A DNA stretch of 13,742 nt. It comes from an uncultured archaeon (GTDB lineage Archaea > Altiarchaeota > Altiarchaeia > IMC4 > SCGC-AAA252-I15). Both the position numbers and the translations under genes were made by a program. The stretch lies in contig CAZPLO010000012.1 in NCBI GenBank assembly GCA_964587725.1, positions 23,988-37,729 of the forward strand, read 5' to 3'. The notes under the pieces are model-generated. The model was not told where the DNA came from. It did not search any database and was given only the letters and a program-made list of their open reading frames with translations. Of this stretch, positions 7,300 through 13,742 are shown one piece after another (the stretch's first letter is position 1; every line of letters begins with the position of its first letter).

Positions 7300-9000
7300 T
7301 TATGTGCGGATGTCGTGTGTTATCCAGATGGTTGCTGTGCTGGTGTCGCTGCGGAGGAGGCCGAATTGTATGTCGTAGAATTCGGCGCTCTGCCAGCGGT
7401 CTATTCTGAGGCGGTCGTCGTATCCGTAGGGGTCTTTTACTGTGACGTAGGCTCCGTTGGTGCATTTCTCCTCCATCTCCAGTATGAGGCGATCAAGTTT
7501 CAGTTCGTAGCCCCGGTATGTTCGGGTGTCTGTTGCTGTTAGGTTTAGTGTGTCGTATTCTACGGGGCGGTAGGCGCAGGGCTGGCATGGTCCGCCGCAG
7601 TCTACGCGTAGTTCGCCCTGGTTTTGTATGCAGTCGTGGCAGTTGCCTGCGCCGGGGGGGCCCTCCATGCAGTCGTCCTGGCCTTCGATGCATATGCGGC
7701 CACGGCCGCAGACCTCCAGTATCTCGACGGTATCCCGCACAATACATGTTGCGTTGGGTTGGCCTGGGTTCAGGCAAACGTGGCGGGTGCAGTTGTTTGT
7801 GGGGTTGTTTGCGGTGTTGCAGTAGGGTGTGCCGCAGACGTCCACTCCGCAGTCGCTGTCGGCATTGCATACGGGGTCTGTGCTGTTGCACGACCTGCAC
7901 GCTCCGCCGCAGTCTATCTTCACCTCGCCTTCTTCGTAGTCTCTTATTTTGTTGCGGCAGTGTTCGGGGTAGCATTCGCCGAGCCAGCAGTATTCGCTGT
8001 CTTTGCATGTTTCAACCAGCTTCGGCGCAGCCGCCGCTGCCACACAGTAGCTTTCCGGCGTCCCCGGGTGCATGCACCTGTATTGGACGACAGGAGCCTT
8101 CACGTATTTTCCGTCGCAGAAGAGGTTGGGTTCCGTGTCTTGTTCGCACATGCTGTTGTTCAAGCAGTTAACCTTCAACGTGGCGGTGGTGGTTGTCTGC
8201 GGGGGCAATGTTACGGGCGGTAGTGTGGCGGTGGTTGAAGTGGAGGCTGTGGTTGTGGTGGTTGTCGCCGGGCACAGGGTTGTGTCTTCCACCCAGCTGC
8301 CGTCCCAGCACTGGTACCTGGTCTGGGGTTGGATTAGCATCTGCGCCGCCATGAACGCGCCCGCTGCGACGACGGCCAATATTATGAGGAACACCATTTT
8401 GTTTAATATGGGAGTGCCGGGCGGCTTCCTTTTACCCCGAGGCCGGTCGGCCACGTCCTCCGGCTCCAGCGACGGCCGGGCCGTAGTCTCCGCAGTGGAC
8501 GGAACCTCCTGTTTCGCAGGCTGACTCCACGTCAACGACTTATCCGGCTGCCTTGGCGCAGACGGTTTCTCATCTTGGGGTGGGGTCTGCGGCGTAGGTT
8601 TTTGAGGCTTCGGCGGGGGTTCAGGCGGTTGAGTTTCGGGGGGTTTCTCCTGATGGGGCGGGGTGGGTTGACTTGTCTGGGTTTCTGGTGCGGGCGGTTG
8701 AGGGGGTGGTTGGACGGTGGGGGTCCTGGTCTCCGGTTTAGGTTTTCCGGAAGCGGGTTTTTCCTGCGCAGTCTGAGGAGGAGCACCCCACTGTATCTGC
8801 GACTCCGCCGTTTCTGGTTGAACAGGTTTCTGCTGCTGAGGCTGATGGGGCGGTTCTTCGGGGCGAGGTTGGGGTGGTTTTTCGGGGTTGGGCTGCGGGG
8901 GGACAGGTTCTTCGGTGATGTGTTTCTCCCTCTCCTTCTTAAGCTCCTTACGCAGCGCCTCCAAGTCTTCGTCGCTGATGTCGTCGAGGTCTTCACCCAT
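7300..9000 (-). CDS. Single-pass membrane protein with Pro/Gln-rich N-terminus, Thr-rich linker and tandem Cys-rich extracellular repeats
   Basis: 566 aa. Residues ~30-195 are Pro/Gln/Glu low complexity. A TM helix at ~202-223 follows a basic patch. Then come CWDGSWVEDTTLCP, a poly-Thr stretch and two ~95-aa units each ending in E..xDCGGxCxxC. About 30 Cys in total. Confidence 0.85.
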   Translation of the reverse strand: MGEDLDDISDEDLEALRKELKKEREKHITEEPVPPQPNPEKPPQPRPEEPPHQPQQQKPVQPETAESQIQWGAPPQTAQEKPASGKPKPETRTPTVQPPPQPPAPETQTSQPTPPHQEKPPETQPPEPPPKPQKPTPQTPPQDEKPSAPRQPDKSLTWSQPAKQEVPSTAETTARPSLEPEDVADRPRGKRKPPGTPILNKMVFLIILAVVAAGAFMAAQMLIQPQTRYQCWDGSWVEDTTLCPATTTTTTASTSTTATLPPVTLPPQTTTTATLKVNCLNNSMCEQDTEPNLFCDGKYVKAPVVQYRCMHPGTPESYCVAAAAAPKLVETCKDSEYCWLGECYPEHCRNKIRDYEEGEVKIDCGGACRSCNSTDPVCNADSDCGVDVCGTPYCNTANNPTNNCTRHVCLNPGQPNATCIVRDTVEILEVCGRGRICIEGQDDCMEGPPGAGNCHDCIQNQGELRVDCGGPCQPCAYRPVEYDTLNLTATDTRTYRGYELKLDRLILEMEEKCTNGAYVTVKDPYGYDDRLRIDRWQSAEFYDIQFGLLRSDTSTATIWITHDIRT

Positions 9001-9049
9001 AGAAATGATTTAGAATATGGGATAAAAACCGGCGCATACAATGTATACC

Positions 9050-9487
9050 ATGGACGAGTATTTGGCTGCCAGCATGGAGGAAGCCCGCATCGGATTGGAT
9101 GAGGGCGGGATACCCATCGGGTCCGTGCTGGTGTTGGACGGTGAAATAGTGGGACGCGGCCACAACCGCCGCGCCCAACGGGGGAGCGCAGTACTGCATG
9201 CGGAGATAGACTGTTTGGAGAACGCGGGCCGGTTGAAGGCGTCGGATTACATGAAATCCACTTTGTATTCAACATTGAGTCCGTGCGACATGTGCAGCGG
9301 CGCCATTTTACTGTATAAGATCCCCAGGGTTGTTGTCGGCGAGAACGTTAACTTCCGCGGACCCGAGGAATACGTCAGATCCAGGGGTGTGGCAGTCACA
9401 GTATTGAACGACCCCGAATGCATCGCCTTGATGGGGGAGTTCATCAAACAACACCCCCTCCTCTGGAACGAAGACATAGGGGAATAA
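9050..9487 (+). CDS. Zinc-dependent nucleoside/cytosine deaminase, yeast Fcy1-like
   Basis: EGGIPIGSVL, GRGHN, the HAE and SPCDMC zinc motifs, IPRVVVGEN and the C-terminal WNEDIGE lid motif of fungal-type cytosine deaminases. Start at ATG 9050 or 9041. Confidence 0.88.
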   Translation: MDEYLAASMEEARIGLDEGGIPIGSVLVLDGEIVGRGHNRRAQRGSAVLHAEIDCLENAGRLKASDYMKSTLYSTLSPCDMCSGAILLYKIPRVVVGENVNFRGPEEYVRSRGVAVTVLNDPECIALMGEFIKQHPLLWNEDIGE

Positions 9488-9488
9488 G

Positions 9489-10631
9489 CTATATGGGGTG
9501 TATTTTTATGCCAAGCTCTCTGACAGCCTCTCCGTGCACCCTATCTATTCTGTCCGGCCCATATGTTCTGGAATGCCAGCCCAAAAAAGCGGTGAGACTT
9601 CTGCGCCCCTCCTTGAGCACTTTTTCGGAGCTTCCGGAGGGGAATACATCATCCACTAAATCAACTTCCTCCACCGTCCTCTGATATTGGCCGTCAACCA
9701 TTTTGAAGGAGTATTTACTGTGTTTCCCCAACCTGACTTTCAGGTTGTCAATGAAGCCTGTGTCGGCTTTGAAGAATGCGGAAACCATCTCACCTGCGTT
9801 GGACGGCGGTTCCATGTCGTCAACCGGTTTCGTGAGCGCATACAGTATGAACGCCTCCAGGGGGTAGGTGAATCTCTCACCTACTTTTTCAATGCCTAAT
9901 GCCTTTGAGGTCATACGTGCAAGAAGCTCCGACAACCCCTCAACAAAAACCCTTCTACTGTTTAGGCTCGGGTGGGTGTAGCTGACGACGTGGGTATACT
10001 CGTGCAGGAGAGATGACGCAACCACGTCCGAACTGCCCCTCAACAACCGCTTATTCAAAAAAATACGCCCACCCTGAAAAAATGCGTTGGCAGCGGACTC
10101 AACACCCCTCCAACTCCATTCTGTATCTGAGACTACGTCAACGGGCACTTCAGACAGTTTATGTGACCTGAGCCGCACCTCATCCATTGTTTCCTTGAAA
10201 TGCTTACTATCCCTGAGGGAGGGATCATAGGCCAGCAGCCCCTCCTCCAAGCCGGTTTGGAAACGCTTCGATAATCCCCTGTGAACAGAAGATGCAGAAG
10301 TCAGCATACCCTCCACGTCGTCACCCTCCCCCAGATACAACAGAAGGTTTGATGCGTTAGCTGGGACACCGGAGCCGGCGAAGAAATCCCCTACGCCGCC
10401 GAGCCTCTTCAACACGTCATCTTCCAACAGCATGCGGGGGTTTTCCCCGTGCAAGAGAACATCCAGTAGCTTCAGCTTCTCCCCCCCACCGATGAGGGAT
10501 AAAACCGGCTTCAGCGAATCAAATGCCTCACGGGCGCGGCCGGCTTCGCCGCGGTCCTCCAAAGCCCTGAGCAGCTGGGGCAGCTGAGGTTGCCCCCCAA
10601 CTCCGCCGCGTTGAGGATTCTGCTTCTGCAT
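9489..10631 (-). CDS. Putative zinc metallopeptidase (HEXXH, gluzincin-like)
   Basis: 380 aa. NAFF..GRIFLN strand, then LLHEYTH, then VEGLSE about 15 residues later as a candidate third ligand. No signal peptide is evident. A TATA-like TTTTTATTATT lies about 25 bp upstream, suggesting a leaderless transcript. Confidence 0.7.
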   Translation of the reverse strand: MQKQNPQRGGVGGQPQLPQLLRALEDRGEAGRAREAFDSLKPVLSLIGGGEKLKLLDVLLHGENPRMLLEDDVLKRLGGVGDFFAGSGVPANASNLLLYLGEGDDVEGMLTSASSVHRGLSKRFQTGLEEGLLAYDPSLRDSKHFKETMDEVRLRSHKLSEVPVDVVSDTEWSWRGVESAANAFFQGGRIFLNKRLLRGSSDVVASSLLHEYTHVVSYTHPSLNSRRVFVEGLSELLARMTSKALGIEKVGERFTYPLEAFILYALTKPVDDMEPPSNAGEMVSAFFKADTGFIDNLKVRLGKHSKYSFKMVDGQYQRTVEEVDLVDDVFPSGSSEKVLKEGRRSLTAFLGWHSRTYGPDRIDRVHGEAVRELGIKIHPI

Positions 10632-10683
10632 AAAAGAAACAGGGAGGACGAATAATAAAAAAGCTTTTGGGGCCGTCGGCGGT

Positions 10684-13600
10684 TTAAATGTTCTTGAGTC
10701 CGCGGCTACGGGGACGGTTCTTCAAGATTGCTGCAGCGGCCAATACGACCGCGGCGGCCAGCAGAAACAGCAAAGCTGCAGACCACATCGGCCAATCACC
10801 CGCCTGACTTACCGCCTCTAATGTTGTGGTCGTGTGCGTGGATGTGGTTGATGTTGTCGCTGTGGAGGATGTGGATGTTGAAGTGATTGTGGTGGCGGTA
10901 GTCGACATCGTTGTTGTGGATGATGTGGAGGTGGTTGATGTTGTTTCATGGGGCAACAAGTAAATTTTCAGTGAGGCCTCGTAGGCGTCTTTCCTCGAAG
11001 CCTTCACGACTATGTCGTCTGTTCCGTCTCCGTCCAAGTCCACTGGGGCTGGGACTCCATAGTATACGTCGATTGTCACCGGCTCGGACTCCACCTTAAC
11101 CCGAACCCTGTTTGAGTACACGCGGACCACAGTCAGAGTATGACGCTGCCAGCCGAAGGTGAACTCCATGACAGTGTTCCTCCCCACCCTGACATATGAA
11201 CCAGCGGAAACGTTAACCCAGACAGCCCCCCCCTGTATCACCCTTCTCCTCCCGCCCCCACCTGCAAGGGTTGTGGTTGTCACAGTCGTGGTTGTTGCTT
11301 CGACCGTGAAGGCCACGGAGGTGGTGTTGAGGTTTCCCGCAGGGTCTTCAGCCCAAGCCCAGAGGACGTGCCCTCCCTCAGAAAATCCTCCAGTGATTTC
11401 ACCGGAGTATGTGTTGTTGACGGTGCCGTTACCCCACCACACCGTGTCAGCGCCGGAGTACGACAAATTCACTGACACGGTAGAGTCATAGTAGGTGCTG
11501 TTGCGGGGGGACTCTATCGTCAGCGAAGGAGCGACCGTATCCAATAGTATGGTAAAGGTCCACGAGCTGGTGTTGGCTCCGGAGGTGTTGTTTGCGATGG
11601 CGTTCAAATAGTATGTGCCGTCTGCCAGACCGGTAATGTTCCACAGGAACGGACTTTCAGTAGATGAATTGGAGGTCACCTGTGCTGTTTCATTGTATAA
11701 GTGGATTACTATTGTGTCCAGGCTGCTGTAATTCGAGGTAGTGTTGGCCAGAATCCATGTCTGAGAGTGGGAGCCTGCAGACGTGGTCTGGTTCTCGAGG
11801 AACACCGACCTGGGCGTGGTGTCAACGATAACATTCCTGCCGTCGGAGCCTGTGTGGTCTAAGGCGTCCACGGCCGTGACGTTGAAGCCGTATTCGCCGT
11901 CTGAGAGGTTTGACTCCTCCACCCACAGAGTCCATGAGCTGGCGTCGTGTTTAACGAGGTTTGAATTGTAGAGGAATAGAATCTCGTCCTCGGAAAGACT
12001 CCTATTGTAGACCTGCACCTCGTCCATGGACCCGTTAAAGTTCCTCGTGGTCATATGGTATTTCCTAGCGAACACCCAGGCGCCGGTAGATGCTGGCTGA
12101 TCCCAGTTGGCTGCGAGGTTATCCGTTCCCAACGGAGCCTCCGACCCGTTCACGTATATCCTCGCATCCTTCGTGGAGTAATCCCAGGTGATTGCTATAT
12201 GAGTCCATCCACCGGAGGGTATGGGGTCGGCAGTCATTATATAGTTTGACCACGACCCCACATCCACCCAGGGGTAGAAATATAGTTTCCCCGTATTCTG
12301 CTGCATAGCCGCCTCCATTTCCTCATTGGAGTCCTCGAACAGGTTCTGTCTATCAGGCAAGGAGGTGTCGGGGCAGTTCACCCACATCATGATGGTCCCC
12401 TGGGACTTGTTGAAGTCCATGGAGGGGCTTTCGTCAACGGCAAGCCAGCCGCCGCCGTTATCCGATGAAAACCAGTAGCCTCCAGAGTATCTTCCCGACG
12501 GCGTCCAGGCGGAGTTGTTGTAGACGGTACCATTGTTTCCATATCCCGAAACATCGGTGACGTGAGTGTCGTTTTCCCCCAACCCAGCCCTCTTATCCAG
12601 GTTGAACATCAGCACAAGGGAGTCGTCGTATACTGTATGGCCGGTTCCGTTCCAGTTGAACACCAGATTCTCCAAGTTATCCTCCGTCAGAGTCGCATTC
12701 ACCTCTATGGAGCCGCTTGGGTTGAAAGATGCGTCTGCCGGCGTGGGAGGCACCAAATCCACGACGGGGGAGGTGACGTCCACGACGAACGTCGCCGACT
12801 CAGTATCCTCTACGTTACCTTTCGTGTCGTTGCACCAGAAATTGACCGTGTAGGTGCCGTCACCCAAGCCTGCTTCGGTGCGGTTGAAGCAGGTGTTGTT
12901 GAACCGGACCATCGTGTAGTTGGTGACCCAGCCGTCGAGGGTTAGTTTACAGTAGCTCAGCGTCTCGTCGGCGGCTACTTTAAAGTCCATGTCGGGGACG
13001 GAGTAGAACTGGTTCAGTGGGGCGAGCACCGTCAACCCCCGCACTGAGGTGTCCTCTCCCACACTGTAGCCTGTGAAGCCGGTGACATTAAAGCTGTAGT
13101 CCGGCCCCACGTTGTCGTTCCACACGCATATGGAGGTTGGGCACCCGACCCCATCTTTTTTTATCTCAGGCGCGTTCAATCCTGTAACGTTGTAAATCCA
13201 TATTATGGCGGATGTGTTCAAGTCGGAGTAGTTCTCCGAATCCACTGCGGTTTCGTTGTAGGAGATGGAGATTGCTTCTTGGAAGTCTATTGAAGAGTTT
13301 ACCGTCTGGCTTCGGTCACTGTACACCAGTCTACCGTAGACGTTGTTCCTCGCCACCATAACGGACGACGCGAACTCGGACCCGGAAACGTTTATGCTGT
13401 CAGAGAATTCAACAACCACGGTGCCGTTCTGGCCATATTCAGCACCTCTGGAGGTGTTCGCTTCCCCGTAGAGGCTTGACAGCCTCCCTGAAAATGAAAT
13501 GTTTCCCACCCGTATGTGGATTCTGCCTCCGCCTCCTCCGCCGCCCGTCGCAGCCCAAGGGGGATTAAATCTATTTCCACCACGACCCGCGTCAACGGAG

Positions 13601-13742
13601 ATATTCCCCGCCCCCGTCAGATTACCGGCAATCAAGCATATAGAACCCCCTGAACCACCCCCTCCTGCGGCAGCACCACCATCCCTTCCCGCAAGTCCCT
13701 CTGCCAACACCTGCCCCTGTATAACCATAACCGTTGCGTTTA
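10684..13742 (-). CDS. Large cell-surface glycoprotein (Gly-rich repeats, Ig-like modules, LamG/ConA-like domain, Ser/Thr linker, C-terminal TM anchor); 5' end outside window
   Basis: The frame is open to the right edge (NATVMVIQ...). It has GGGGSGGSI and GGGGGGGRI repeats, and Ig-like modules ending in VDVTSP, VDTTP and LDTVAP. A LamG-like region (~11970-12630) has DVSGYGNNG, GTIMMWV, WTHIAITWD, IYVNG and FNGSMDEVQVYNRSLS. There are many N-x-S/T sequons, a DLDGDGTDD Ca-binding-like motif, a Thr/Ser tract, a TM helix and a basic tail. Confidence 0.9.
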   Translation of the reverse strand, partial: NATVMVIQGQVLAEGLAGRDGGAAAGGGGSGGSICLIAGNLTGAGNISVDAGRGGNRFNPPWAATGGGGGGGRIHIRVGNISFSGRLSSLYGEANTSRGAEYGQNGTVVVEFSDSINVSGSEFASSVMVARNNVYGRLVYSDRSQTVNSSIDFQEAISISYNETAVDSENYSDLNTSAIIWIYNVTGLNAPEIKKDGVGCPTSICVWNDNVGPDYSFNVTGFTGYSVGEDTSVRGLTVLAPLNQFYSVPDMDFKVAADETLSYCKLTLDGWVTNYTMVRFNNTCFNRTEAGLGDGTYTVNFWCNDTKGNVEDTESATFVVDVTSPVVDLVPPTPADASFNPSGSIEVNATLTEDNLENLVFNWNGTGHTVYDDSLVLMFNLDKRAGLGENDTHVTDVSGYGNNGTVYNNSAWTPSGRYSGGYWFSSDNGGGWLAVDESPSMDFNKSQGTIMMWVNCPDTSLPDRQNLFEDSNEEMEAAMQQNTGKLYFYPWVDVGSWSNYIMTADPIPSGGWTHIAITWDYSTKDARIYVNGSEAPLGTDNLAANWDQPASTGAWVFARKYHMTTRNFNGSMDEVQVYNRSLSEDEILFLYNSNLVKHDASSWTLWVEESNLSDGEYGFNVTAVDALDHTGSDGRNVIVDTTPRSVFLENQTTSAGSHSQTWILANTTSNYSSLDTIVIHLYNETAQVTSNSSTESPFLWNITGLADGTYYLNAIANNTSGANTSSWTFTILLDTVAPSLTIESPRNSTYYDSTVSVNLSYSGADTVWWGNGTVNNTYSGEITGGFSEGGHVLWAWAEDPAGNLNTTSVAFTVEATTTTVTTTTLAGGGGRRRVIQGGAVWVNVSAGSYVRVGRNTVMEFTFGWQRHTLTVVRVYSNRVRVKVESEPVTIDVYYGVPAPVDLDGDGTDDIVVKASRKDAYEASLKIYLLPHETTSTTSTSSTTTMSTTATTITSTSTSSTATTSTTSTHTTTTLEAVSQAGDWPMWSAALLFLLAAAVVLAAAAILKNRPRSRGLKNI

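Noticed and set aside
7493-9275. Long alternative-frame and antisense ORFs over the 566-aa gene
   Set aside because: They are expected by-products of GC-rich, low-complexity Pro/Cys/Thr coding sequence and have no recognisable motifs.
9050-9487. Deaminase as tRNA adenosine deaminase TadA or an anti-phage editing system
   Set aside because: The motifs (SPCDMC, WNEDIGE) fit the free-base cytosine deaminase type, and there are no defence-associated neighbours.
10820-10945. GTGGATGT/GTTGATGT-like short repeats resembling a tandem array or CRISPR
   Set aside because: They are Thr/Ser codon runs in a linker, with no constant repeat-spacer period.

Overview
This window looks archaeal: it has TATA-box promoters, a CCA-less tRNA, an AbrB-PhoU regulator and DPANN-style surface proteins. 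The lineage is inferred, not established. The left half is a phosphate-uptake locus. A divergent AbrB-PhoU regulator runs off the left edge and is missing from the ORF track. It is followed by pstS, a Cys/His-rich small ORF overlapping a hairpin-dense spacer, a fused pstC-pstA permease, pstB, phoU and a translationally coupled arsC-type arsenate reductase. The middle holds a GT-C (ArnT/PMT-like) glycosyltransferase broken by two frameshifts, both at homopolymer runs (T7 and G9), then a 43-aa CxxCG microprotein and tRNA-Thr(UGU). The right half holds a Cys-rich membrane-anchored surface protein, a yeast-type cytosine deaminase, an HEXXH metallopeptidase and the C-terminal >1000 aa of a large LamG/Ig-like surface glycoprotein. 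The best leads are the possibly phase-variable glycosyltransferase and the unexplained pstS-pstC insert, set in a pst operon extended by arsC.
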